Notes: generated by a model from the sequence alone, not told the origin. Positions 13,263 through 25,363 are shown, numbered from the stretch's first letter. The stretch: DNA of 64,000 nucleotides from Octopus sinensis (GCF_006345805.1 NC_043002.1:71920001-71984000); one strand, 5' to 3'. A program made the numbers and translations.

Positions 13263-13999
13263 TTGCAGTATGAGGGTCGAGCAGTTATTCGACCTCCACT
13301 AATATGTTAATGTTATTCAGTTTTATTAAGCTCTGAATATTAAAAGAAACATCGGAAATAGTTGATATTTAAAGTCAAAATTTATGTTCTTTGAATTAAC
13401 TAATGAAAAGTGTCTGCAATCGAAATATTTTTCACTATCTGATAGAAATTTGCTTTGCATTAAAGGTATCTTTTGACATAAAAGTGTCATAATTTTATAA
13501 AAAATTGGACGTCATGAAGTAGGTTCTTAATATATAATTGGAAAAGAGACTGGCTAACGCTGAAAGACTTCAGTTAAGTCTCAGTAAAGTGACTACGAAT
13601 GTAATATAAGCATCGAGTTGAATATATTTCATTTTACTTGCATCACTAAGAGAAATCCCCGAGAAAAAAGAATATGTATATTGATCTTTGACCTTTTTTT
13701 TTATTATAGAGAGGTAATATTTATTCCCACTTATTCCCACTTATACCTGTATGTTCTGTTAGAACAAACTTTACTGCGGTAAATACCATGACAGAAACTC
13801 TCATATTTCCCTTTGGTGTAAACTGCATGCTTGTCTATATCGCTAGCGAGAAGATAAATCCCCACTAACTCCAGCGCCAAGACCACCAGCTCACGTGATT
13901 TCCACTATACTTTGTCTGATCGGTGATGTATGTTCGACCGCTAGAGATAGTATGGTTTTGGCACTTGCGCACATATACACGCAGTCACACAGGAATATA

Positions 14000-14040
14000 T
14001 ATAGATAGGTAGGTAGATAGATAGATAGATAGATAGATGT

Positions 14041-14079
<39 letters not shown>

Positions 14080-14081
14080 TT

Positions 14082-14139
<58 letters not shown>

Positions 14140-14158
14140 TATAGATAGATAGATAGAT
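14000..14158. repeat. (GATA)n microsatellite
   Basis: Direct reading. Confidence 0.95.
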
Positions 14159-14222
14159 TTCGTCATATATAAACAAACATAAGTAGGCATATGGTATAGT
14201 GGCCAAGAGCGCGGACTACTAC

Positions 14223-14708
14223 CTTGGTATAAAAGATGGGCTACAGCAAATATTCTGCTCAATACCACAGATTTGCTTGTCAGTTGTTTGACCTTAACCA
14301 GTTGAGCATGTCCCTTAGTGGCTGACGATATGTGCATCTCTGATCACGAGCAGAAGTAGTGGGGGAGCATCATAGCCATGTGTTGAGAGGGATTCTTTGG
14401 GGTTTGAATAATTCACCTCTGGAAACATGGGTGGTTCTTTCAACATCCTTAAACAACCCTTATTCTGGGACCTTTTGAGCGGGATGGGCTACTCAACCTG
14501 AAGAAATTTCTAACTGGGCTGTTTATATTGCTGTTTATCTTGATATGAGATCACCATGTCGCGCACATATAGTTGTGATGCATGTGCCTGGTGTACCCTT
14601 ATCAGACGGGTAGTCATTATGGGTATATTGGGCTTCGTATATTTTACCCCAGTGTCACTTTGATGGCATGAACTGCTCTCTCACTCAATAATAATAATAA
14701 TAATAATA

Positions 14709-14746
<38 letters not shown>

Positions 14747-14750
14747 TAAT
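14223..14750 (+). mobile_element. ~470-bp interspersed repeat with (AAT)n tail (LINE-3'UTR-like or SINE-like)
   Basis: Matches the reverse complement of 62030-62494 along its length; ends in ...CTCTCTCACTCAATAATAAT. Confidence 0.8.
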
Positions 14751-14840
14751 AATGATGATGATGATGATGATGATAACAACAACAACAACAACATCAAAAA
14801 ATACCTTAGGAATGTGAACCCAGGTTCGAAATTTCCCCAA

Positions 14841-14886
14841 GACACATGATGAAGGCTGGAGGATATATCAGCCGAAACGTTGTGTT
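14841..14886 (+). ncRNA. Minimal type-I hammerhead ribozyme motif, Penelope-style, with C3>A core substitution
   Basis: Stem I GACAC/GTGTT; core ATGATGA (canonical CTGATGA); extra A; stem II GGCTG/CAGCC; GAAA; palindromic stem III ACGT; triplet GTT. Confidence 0.6.
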
Positions 14887-15059
14887 AACAACAAACAAGA
14901 TGAGGACAATTATCCGTCAAATGTAAATAATGTAAATAATGTGCGTCTTAAAAGGTATTGAGAATGGTGGTTATACTGTTGAAACATTTCTAAAGTATGT
15001 TTCGTTTGTAGGTGTATTTGGCTTTTATTTTTGTCGTGTATTGAACTCCTAATCAACAT

Positions 15060-16190
15060 ATAACAAAAAATGTACATTTTTTTAAATAATTAAAATCTGG
15101 GAAGCTATCTCTGAGGATTAAAAAGATAGATAGCGTCCATAGAAGATATAGAGAGGGCCTTGAAGCCTATTATGTACAAACTAGCGTTTGTGAGACGTGG
15201 AAGGAAATACGGTAAAGTGGAGGCTCAGTTTATAACTGAGAGTGATACCAGGGTCAATTCAGCAATAACCCTGTAGACCAAAGAATTGGCTCTTTTGTCG
15301 ACATACCTCGGCAAAAGAACAACAAAAATGACTATAGATGGATTTGCACCGGAAATTAAACCAACATGGCTCCTGGCAGCCGCCTTCGCCAGCATAAAAG
15401 AGGAAGTAACACTTATAAAGCTTCAGAAGAGAAGTGTCCAGAACTGGTGTGGCAAGAGTTTAAGAGCAATGGTTCAAGCCACACCAGAGGACACTGATGA
15501 TATACCGGAATTCGATATTCTTCCGGATGAAACGAAATTGCAAGTCACCGTACAGGGCAGAATTCCAAACTGCTTTGGGTGAAGACAGAAGCGGCACATA
15601 AGAAAAACGTGCACCTAGACCCTAAAAACCCGAAGCACAGGGAGGGGGCCAGGAGGAGGCTAGTGTGCAGCAGGAGAGAGTTGAAGTGGAGATCTCAGGA
15701 GAGAAGGGGAAGAAGCAGGAGGAGGTGATGATGGAGAAAGCTATGGTCACGATAAAGACACACCGTTAACATCAACACTACAGAGGTAGGTGACAGTGAA
15801 TGGAAAGTTACTGGGTGGAAGAGAAAGAAGAAAAACGCTCGTTCCCTCCCTCCCACTAACAAAAAAAGTTTAAAGACACAAGGATATACGAACACGAACA
15901 CACAAGAACAAATAACATCAGAGACAAATGAGTAAAGAGAAAAGATAAGATAAAAACTGTGGTGACTTCACAATCAACAGCAAGCCAAGTAAAAGAGAAA
16001 ATAATCTTTTGAAAAATTATGTACGTTTTAAAAATGTCCAATGATGTTACCTGGGTCGTGGGGCCCGGGTAAACATCATTTCCTCATCCTTACTATATAA
16101 TCATTCATTTTTCATTCGATTTTTACCCCACTTATTAATGTCCTGTACTGTTCCCTCTTTGTTTAGTTTCGCGTGGACAATAAAGAAACA
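15060..16190 (+). mobile_element. Second Tx1/L1-like element remnant (ORF1 fragment joined to a 3' tail)
   Basis: LKPIMYKLAFVRRGRKYGKVEAQF and TYLGKRTTK parallel LKPIWQDITYLARGKKFGTIEVRL and IYMGTRTSK in the 8.5-12 kb element; tail TGTTCCCTCTTTGTTTAG...GGACAATAAAGAAA resembles its tail. Confidence 0.65.
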
Positions 16191-17639
16191 CCAATTGATT
16201 CCATCAAGTGTTACGGTTAGTTAAATACATTTGTTATGAAAAGTCTATTGTTGGTGAATCACCGTTGGTTTTTGTTGCATGTTTTCCCTTTTGGGACTAC
16301 CTTTGTTGATAAATTGTTTCAGAATGGTTAGTTAGTATCTTGCGACACATTGTTGGGCTTTACAGGCTTGTTTCATTCTTCTCATTATATAATCATTCAT
16401 TTTCCATTCGATTTTTACCCCAATTTCTAATGTCCTGTACTGTCTCCTCTTTGTGTAGACCCTTTGTGGTCAATAAAGAATCCATAATTGATTCCATCGC
16501 TACAGGATCACGGTTGATGTTGTTACCCCTTCTCATACGTTCTGCTGTTGGTTGTACTTCCGCAACGGCGAGATAGAAATTCGCTGTTTTTGATTCTTAT
16601 TCTTATACCCGTGCTTATGAAATAAGCAAATGATAAAACTTGACAATGGCATCGCCGGTAGGGTTTTGATCATTATCTTGTAGATTATCCTTTAAATCGT
16701 CCACGTAAGTTTTTGCTTCAAATGCTATGAGCCAGGTTGAGACGTCTTCGATCAATTATAAATTTATGTCACCAACGTGTCGTATATTGAGCTCCTAATA
16801 ATATTCAAACAAATGTATAGCATTTGTTATATATTCATTAGGAGTTCAATAAACGACATGTGTCTTCCATGTTGGGTTTCAAATATCGTAGTTACTTTTT
16901 GCAGGTTGATTATATACTGGGAACATGAATTCCCGAGATATTAATCTACTCTCAGCTTAGTTTCTCAAGTCAAAACACAACCTAAATGCTGTTTCTCAAA
17001 AAAATCTTTCAGCTAGAGAGAAAGATTTGCTTGACAGTCAATTTAAATATATACCAAAATGTATTGAGCTAGAAATATATCCTTTACCCAAATGGAAACT
17101 GTCAGGTGTGTAAGAGAGATCTAGGTTTATTATTTATGAATAACGCCCTACTTATCGTTTAGCTTTCGCGTTAATTATCCATCAAAAATAGGCTCTTTTT
17201 ATATTTATATATTCAAATATTGGTTTATTTGGACTAACTACAAAAACCCTTCATGTTACGAACGACAAAATTGGGTTTTGCGACTGTCATTTGATTTTTG
17301 TTTGAGCATTAATGACGAAAATAAAATAGCTAAAACTAGAAATTATCTATTGCACATTAGCAATGTTACTCGACGAATAAATACCGTTTAATAGTAATAT
17401 ATCTTTCTAGAATTTTCTGTCATAAGGTAACCCATATAAGGATAAAAAAAAATAATAATAATCGATTCGTTAAAAATTACAAAATAAAATAAACGAAAGC
17501 CATAAAAACTAGGAAAGACAGAAGTAGTGTTGAATCACCATCTCATGTCTGATTAATGGTTTCGTGAATTGCTCCGCCAGATGAACTGGAAGATGGCAAA
17601 AACAATCTAATTACTTGCGTCAGAATTAAAGCAATAGAA

Positions 17640-17990
17640 ATAACAACAAGAAACAACGGCAACAACAATAGCAACAATGATAACAACGAAACTATTAAAA
17701 TGATTAAACGAAAAGTAGAGAATTTGTTGTTTTCATTATCATTATTCTTACTTTCGTTATTCCTACCTCAGTCATTGTTGGTTTCAGATAGTCTCATTTT
17801 TTGTTATTTTCGGACATTTTATTTTTTATTTTGCGTTTGTCTTTTTGCTCTTTTTGTGTTTTTTTTTTTGTTTTTTTTTTGGCAAGAATATCTCAATTCT
17901 TGATGATGTTACTCTCATTGATGTCGTTCATAATGATGTTTCTTTATGTTCTTGCTGCTGTTGGTGTTGATTGTAGAATTGGTATCGTTT

Positions 17991-18022
<32 letters not shown>

Positions 18023-18400
18023 GGTGGTGGCATGGTCCGTGTTATTTTAACCGTTTTATTTATTTTTTTTTTTAGCGCAAATAGTTCTGCATGATGTTCT
18101 GTTTTGTATTGTTGTTATTGTTTTTATATCGTGGTGGTTCATTTCTTTCGTTTTGTTTTGTTTTGTATTCGTTCTGATTACAACATTCTTTTCTTTTGGA
18201 AATGGGAGAAGGAAAAAGAGACGATGATGTCAATGTTGATGATGATTCCGCTGATGACGATGATAGGCTACAAGGATGATGATAATGATGATGACGATAG
18301 TAGTGGTAATGCTATTGTTGGTAGTGATGTTGATGGTGGTGGTGGTGGTGGTGATGACAACCACAATGATCATCATCATCATTATTGTACTCGCGCGCTT
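17640..18400. repeat. Compound low-complexity/triplet region ((ACA),(GTT),(GGT),(GAT),(CAT))
   Basis: Direct reading. Confidence 0.8.
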
Positions 18401-18775
18401 AAGTCGGATAAAGCAACATTTATAGATTGATTTCCATTTAATGACAAACAATTTTTTTAGTGTGTTATGTAAGTCATTTACTGAGGAATATAATGCATTC
18501 CCTGTTCGTGGGACTTAATTTCTTAGCATGGAAAACATATATTTCGAACATTCAGTCATGTCACTATATATATTCTCTCAATTCCGTTATTTTTCAGTCA
18601 GTAACCATTCTTAACGTCCGGGTAAAGAATTCAAGATACAAAAAGGGGGAAAATACCCTCTTAAGGAGACGTCTCGTCTTTGTGTGTGTTTTGGACGGGC
18701 TACAAGGTGAAACAAGAGGATACACATTGCCCATATTTACGTTTACGGAAAAGAGCGTCCACGATGAAATGATAC

Positions 18776-18786
<11 letters not shown>

Positions 18787-18850
<64 letters not shown>
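18787..18850. repeat. (TG)n microsatellite
   Basis: Direct reading. Confidence 0.95.
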
Positions 18851-18852
<2 letters not shown>

Positions 18853-19000
18853 TGTATGCGTGTCTATGTGTGTGCGTGAGACAAAGACACAGAGAGAAAC
18901 TATGTGTAGGTGCATCAATCCATCTAGTTAGATAGCTGGCTATATATGTATGTCTCACCCCACATTCTCTCTCCTGCTCTCTCTTTCTCTGTCTTTTTAC

Positions 19001-19158
19001 GAGTGTTCCGGTCAATCTGCTCAACGGAACAACCTGCTAATGAAATTAACGTGCCAGTAGCTCAGCACTCCACAGATACGCGTACTCTTAACATGGTTCT
19101 CAGGGTGGTTAAGCGTCACACAGAACAGACAAGGTTAACTCCTTGAAATTCAAGTACA
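19001..19158 (-). mobile_element. SINE tail-X fragment
   Basis: TCAACGGAACAACCTGCT...GCACTCCACAGATACG...TTGAAATTCAAGTACA matches 43500-43640. Confidence 0.75.
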
Positions 19159-19691
19159 CACACACACACACACATATATATATCTTTTATTTCATCGTGT
19201 TCCTTTCTGCTGAAAAGTGCAGGCTCGAAACATAAGAAGCTTGAGGCCCGCAAGTAATTGTGGCGGTCATGATGGAAAATGATATGTTCAGGGTGATGGA
19301 CTCCTTTCCTAAGGACCTATACAATTTTGCTTTTCTGGGGCCCCGACTTAGAACTGTAGGATTGCCTGCAGGAGGCAAATTGCCTGATCGTGGAGGAAAG
19401 GCCTTAGTGCCACGATTTAAAATTTGAATTTCTTATTTTTTGGTAAGAGGCTCAGCGCCTCGTCTTGTAAAGACGATTGCATCCATTCTTTGAACTTTGG
19501 TAAGAGGTTCAATACCTCATTTTGTGTTGTTGAGAAAAAGAGGAAAATGTTTTCGGGAAGTAGCAATCGGCGGGCGTTGTCTGCTTTCCCTACCAACCAT
19601 CTTTTCATGTTTTTCATTCCATTATTATTTGTGTCTTTGTCCAGCCCGCAGCTACATTTTTGTAAGGCTGTATGACAAATTTATGAAATAA

Positions 19692-20029
19692 AGGAGCTTG
19701 CTTACCAACTCCATGGTTCCGGGTTCAGTCCCACTGTAAGGCACCTTGGGCAAGTGTCTTCTATTATAGCCTCGGGCCGATCAAAGACCAAGGATATGTG
19801 TGTCTGTGTATGTGTGTGTGTTTGTGTGTCTGTGTTTCTCCCACTCAATATCGCTTGACAACTGATGTTGGTGTGTTTGCGTATCCGTAACATAGCGGTT
19901 CGGCAAAAGAGGCCGATACAATAAGTACTAGGCTTATAGAATAAGTCCTGGGGTTGATTTGTTCGACTAAAGGCAGTCCTCTAGCATGGTGCAGTCAAAT
20001 GACTGAAACAAATAATAGAATAAAAGAAT
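19692..20029 (+). mobile_element. SINE family C copy
   Basis: GCTTGCTTACCAAC...GGGTTCAGTCCCACTG...GCACCTTGGGCAAGTGTCTTC...CAGTCAAATGACTGAAAC. Confidence 0.9.
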
Positions 20030-20064
20030 GTATACATATGATATCCGTATATATGTATATATAT

Positions 20065-20117
<53 letters not shown>

Positions 20118-20261
20118 ATAAAGACATATACATACATATATACATATATTTGTATAAAGGCATATACATATATATATACGTATATTATACATATATGCAT
20201 ATATTATACATATATATGCATATATATACATAGATATATACATATTATATATATATATATT

Positions 20262-20380
20262 CTTTTTTCTATTACTTGTTTCAGTCAGTTGACTATGGCC
20301 ATGCTGGACCACCGAAGAAATCGACCCCAAGACTTGTTCCTTGTAATCCCTGTACTTATTCTATCAGTCTCCTTTGCAGA
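20262..20380 (-). mobile_element. SINE family C 3' fragment, inverted relative to 19692-20029
   Basis: TTACTTGTTTCAGTCAGTTGACTATGGCCATGCTGG...ACTTATTCTATC. Confidence 0.8.
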
Positions 20381-21020
20381 AGTGAGAAATGGAAATCTTG
20401 GAATGAAAGGAGATAAGAATTGTGCTCTTTAGAATGGGGATTAACATGCATTGGTTGATGGGGTTTAATCTGACGAGGAAAGACTGCATGCCTAATCTTG
20501 AGAGGTTGATGTTTTACAGTTGGATAAGCGTAATTTGCCCAAATATTTGCACTTCGTGGCAATTTCAGGACTCGAGTTCAGTAGATAATGAAATTCATAA
20601 ATTTAAAAACAATATGAGCTATTTCTGTTACATAAAGCCTGCATCCAATTTACCCATTAGTAAATGTATATCACTTAATGTAGCTCCACTTCGTGATGTG
20701 TGGAATATTTTGGCGTTCAGGTCTCAGATGTGGTTAGCTATCTTAAAGGTTTTCTTTTCGGCTATATTCCAGAAAGAAGATACCTCTTTTAATATATGGA
20801 TTCTGTATGTTACATTCACTTTCACGTCTCTGTTTTATCAGGCTAGTGTCTCGATAGTTAGGGATAAAAATCTAAGATATCGAGTTGCATAAATCTAGCT
20901 CTACACTTATCTTTTATACTCCTAAACCAGTCTGTGCAGTGTGGCTGTGTGTCCATTGGTGTAACTTTGTAATCTTGCTAATTCTATATGTTTTAGTATT
21001 TTTGGAGCTGCTAAAGAGTT
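20380..21020 (-). pseudogene. Degenerate Penelope-like RT fragment
   Basis: Minus translation with shifts ...KLHQW...DWFRSIKDKCRARFMQLDILDFYP (20862-20965) parallels LPLW...WFDSLKDKPKLNFIQFDISNYYS in the element at 51-53.5 kb; the portion 20380-20860 is much less clear. Confidence 0.55.
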
Positions 21021-21100
21021 GATATATATATATATATATTATATATATATATATATACATACAGACACAGAAGGATAGACAGACAGGCAGATATACGAAT

Positions 21101-22603
21101 ATACTTTGATACTTTGATACTTTGCTAGGTTTCGGCCATTATTAGCCCAGGCCATGTCTAACTTAATAGCACCACCTGGTGAAGTCTTTCAAGTCAGAAC
21201 TTGGGCACTATGGCCCACTCAAGTAGAGAGTTATTGTTTACAGAGACATATCCGGGTGTAGGGGGTTTATCCGGGATTTCTTGAAGGAATCTGTCCAAAG
21301 ACTTCTTGAACCCTATAGGGTCGGTTTCTGTTTTAATGTGTTTTTGTGTAATGTTAAAGAGAGCGGGGCCAATTGAGGTGAAATAATTGTGCCGTATTGT
21401 TGTTATGAGATGAGAGTGCGATTTTTGTTTTGGGCGGATGGCACGGGGCCCAAGCCTTGGATGTACCTTAAAGGTGATGCCAACATCATTTGGGCAATGC
21501 TGATGGAATATTTTCCACATCATGCAGATGATGTAGCGCTCACGACGACGTTGGAGAGAATAGAGTTTTAGCTTTTCTAGTCGACCCCAATAGTCGAGGC
21601 CTGTCATGCCATCTAACAGTATTCAAGGTGGGGTCGGGCAAAAGTGGAGAAGAGAAGGATAATGGTGTGGATATCTCTCGACTGGAAAGTTCTGAGAATC
21701 CAGGAACACATTCTGCGGGCCATGTCAACTTTGGTGTTTATATGAGTGGCCCAGCTTATGTTGTTGTCCACAATTACTCCCAAGTCTCTGATGTTGTTGG
21801 ACGCCGCGAGAGTTTCACCTGAAGGAAGGGAGTATGGGAGTTTCAGGGCATCCTCTTTTCCAAAGTGGATTAGCTCAAATTTATCCTCGTTCAGCAGCAT
21901 ATTGTTTTTTTTCTGCCCATTGGATAACAGCCAGTAGATCTGACTGAAGGCATGTCCGGTCACTCGCCTCATTTATGACCTTCTGTAGCTCGGAGTCATC
22001 TGCAAAGATTTTTATGTTGCTGTGCTTGATGATGTCATTAATGTCATTAATGTAAAGAATGAAAAGAAGTGGGCCTTAATGAAAGTGGGCATTAATGAAA
22101 AGAAGTGGGCCCAGCACAGTGCCTTGCGGAACGCCACTACTGACTTTGGCTGGGCTTGATTTTACCCCTTCAACTACAACATGTTGAGATCTGTCTGTCA
22201 GGAAACACTTGATCCATTTCAGTAACTTTCCAGAGACACCAATGTTGGATAGTTTTTTCAATAGGATCTTGTGATCGACCCTGTCGAAGGCCTTACTGAA
22301 ATCAAGGTAGATGACATCGGTGTTGGAGCCCTCTCCCAAAGCTCTCAAAATGTCCTCAAAGTGATGCAGGAGCTGCGTTAGGCAGTCCCTTCCATTACGG
22401 AACCCATGTTGGTTGGAGATCAGCCGTTTGTTGCTTTCCAGAAATTGGGTTATTCGAGATCTCACCACCCTCTCAAATACCTTGATGATATGAGAGGTGA
22501 GTGAGATCGGACGGTAATTCACTGCAAGGGACTTGTTTCCCTTTTTGAAAACTGGGACAACAGACTGGGACAGAAGGTTTTTTGGAATATAGCCAGCATC
22601 CAA
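21101..22603 (-). mobile_element. 5'-truncated CR1-group LINE (RT domain, C-terminus, 3' UTR, (CAAAGTAT)n tail)
   Basis: [87 protein letters not shown]; tail ATACTTTG x3 on + at 21101-21124. Confidence 0.95.
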
Positions 22604-22619
22604 TATTTACATATTTACA

Positions 22620-22965
<346 letters not shown>

Positions 22966-23210
22966 ATAAATATTAGGGAATAAATCCAAACTTACAGGGA
23001 AAAATCAGATTTAGGATTGAATCCAATTTTATAGTAGAATATTATATTATATTAAATTAGAGACAAAACCACTATTAGGCAAATCAAACAATGAAAAAAT
23101 TAAGCCAATACATAAGATTATTTAATTTATATTATTTAAATATATAACAAAATTATTAAAAAATATAATTACTGCATTACGGATTACACACAACCCACCC
23201 CATATATATA

Positions 23211-23268
<58 letters not shown>

Positions 23269-23499
23269 TATATACATATATATATATACATATATATATA
23301 ACATATATATATATATACAATAAATAATAAATATAGGGAATATATCCAAATTACAGGGAAAAAAAATCAGATTTAGGATTAAATCCAATTTTATAGTAAA
23401 ATATTATAAAATATTATTTGAGACAAAACCACTATTTTGCAAAACAAACAAGAAAGACTTAATCAATACATAAAATTTAATAAATAGTCAAAAAAACCG

Positions 23500-23542
23500 C
23501 CACTACAATCGTTTCTTGTCTTGATCGACAATCTTCAGGTGG
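23500..23542 (-). ncRNA. Minimal type-I hammerhead ribozyme motif (inverted copy)
   Basis: Reverse complement of 23601-23643. Confidence 0.75.
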
Positions 23543-23600
23543 ACTTCCAATATTCAGTTACAAATATGAAGATCATAATTGTAACTGAATTATTGGAAGT

Positions 23601-23643
23601 CCACCTGAAGATTGTCGATCAAGACAAGAAACGATTGTAGTGG
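23601..23643 (+). ncRNA. Minimal type-I hammerhead ribozyme motif
   Basis: Stem I CCAC/GTGG; core CTGAAGA; stem II TTGTC-GATCAA-GACAA; GAAA; stem III AC-GATT-GT (ACGAUUGU is self-complementary with G.U pairs); cleavage triplet GTA. Confidence 0.75.
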
Positions 23644-24038
23644 CGGTTTTTTTGACTATTATAAAATTTATGTATTGATTAAGTCTTTCCTTGTTTGTTT
23701 TGCAAAATAGTGGTTTTCTCAATAATATTTTATATATACATATATATATACATATATATATATACATATAATATACATATATATTATATACATATATATA
23801 TACATATATATTATACATACATATATATACAGACATATATATATATATACCTATATATATTTTTTATAATTTTGTATATATTTAAATAATATAAATTAAA
23901 TAATCTATGTATTGGCTTAAGTTTTTCATTGTTTGTTTTGTCTCTAATTTAATATAATATATGTATATATACATATATATATATATGTATATATATATGT
24001 ATATATATATTATGTCTGTATATATATGTAAGTATATA

Positions 24039-24130
<92 letters not shown>

Positions 24131-24169
24131 ATATATATAATAAAATAAAAACATGATGCGAAGGACTCA

Positions 24170-24247
24170 GCGGTACATATGTTTCGGGCCTTTATTAGAC
24201 AGATTTATAACAATGCATAATGTATGTCTGTGGCCTTCTTCAGCCGC
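24170..24247 (-). ncRNA. Type-I hammerhead ribozyme motif (inverted copy)
   Basis: Reverse complement of 25111-25188. Confidence 0.7.
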
Positions 24248-25110
24248 GCACCAACAGCTTCCACAAGGACATGTGTTACATCAAAAATTCTTGGTTGGGG
24301 ATGCAAATCCTCTCATTCACGTACGACATAATGCGGCAGCAGCATAGAGTTGAAGCGTCCATCTCTTCTTCTCTCAATGTAGAATGAGGAAAATTGGATG
24401 TTGAGGTAATGTAAATAAATAAATACATATATAGAGGTGAAGATGGAGGGGCGAGAGTTCAGGACGAGGGATAAAAAATGTATAAAACGTGTAAGTATAG
24501 AATAATATAAAAATGTAGAGGATAAAGGGTTGTAAGTAGATGTAAAGGGGGTATAAAGAAATATAAAGTAAAAATAGAAATAGAAATAAAAGTAAAAAAA
24601 CCTGATAAAAACATGATAAAAGTGTAAAAGAATGTAAAGATAAGGGATGTATAGAGGTTATGGACCAAGCAATCTCCTGACCACCATGCTTGGTCCATAA
24701 CCTCTATACATCCCTTATCTTTACATTCTTTTACACTTTTATCATGTTTTTATCAGGTTTTTTTACTTTTATTTCTATTTCTATTTTTACTTTATATTTC
24801 TTTATACCCCCTTTACATCTACTTACAATCCTTTATCCTCTACATTTTTATATTATTCTATACTTACACTTTTTATACATTTTTTATCCCTCGTCCCGAA
24901 CTCTCGCCCCTCCATCTTCACCTCTATATATGTATTTATTTATTTACATTACCTCAACATCCAATTTTCCTCATTCTACATTGAGAGAAGAAAGAGATGG
25001 ACGCTTCAACTCTATGCTGCTGCCGCATTATGTCGTACGTGAATGAGAGGATTTGCATCCCCAACCAAGAATTTTTGATGTAACACATGTCCTTGTGGAA
25101 GCTGTTGTGC

Positions 25111-25188
25111 GCGGCTGAAGAAGGCCACAGACATACATTATGCATTGTTATAAATCTGTCTAATAAAGGCCCGAAACATATGTACCGC
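25111..25188 (+). ncRNA. Type-I hammerhead ribozyme motif with extended stem II and palindromic stem III
   Basis: Stem I GCGG/CCGC; core CTGAAGA; stem II GGCC/GGCC plus ACAGA/TCTGT; C-GAAA; perfect palindrome ACATATGT as stem III; cleavage triplet GTA (25182-25184). Confidence 0.7.
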
Positions 25189-25295
25189 TGAGTCCTTCGC
25201 ATCATGTTTTTATTTTATTTTGATCAATTTACTCCACCACCTACACCACCAAACGGTATACACAGGTGCTTATAATTATCAAGTACTCACCCCGA

Positions 25296-25363
<68 letters not shown>

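Larger units (their letters stand above)
23407..23732. repeat. Near-perfect palindrome, ~155-bp arms (23407-23563 / 23579-23732)
   Basis: ...GGACTTCCAATATTCAGTTACAA [15 nt] TTGTAACTGAATTATTGGAAGTCC...; arms pair out to AAAACCACTATTTTGCAAAA / TTTTGCAAAATAGTGGTTTT. Confidence 0.95.
24139..25219. repeat. Large near-perfect palindrome: 533-bp arms (24139-24671 / 24687-25219), 15-nt spacer
   Basis: Centre ...TTATGGACCAAGCA ATCTCCTGACCACCA TGCTTGGTCCATAA...; by eye about 3 substitutions and 2 single-base indels between arms. Confidence 0.97.
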
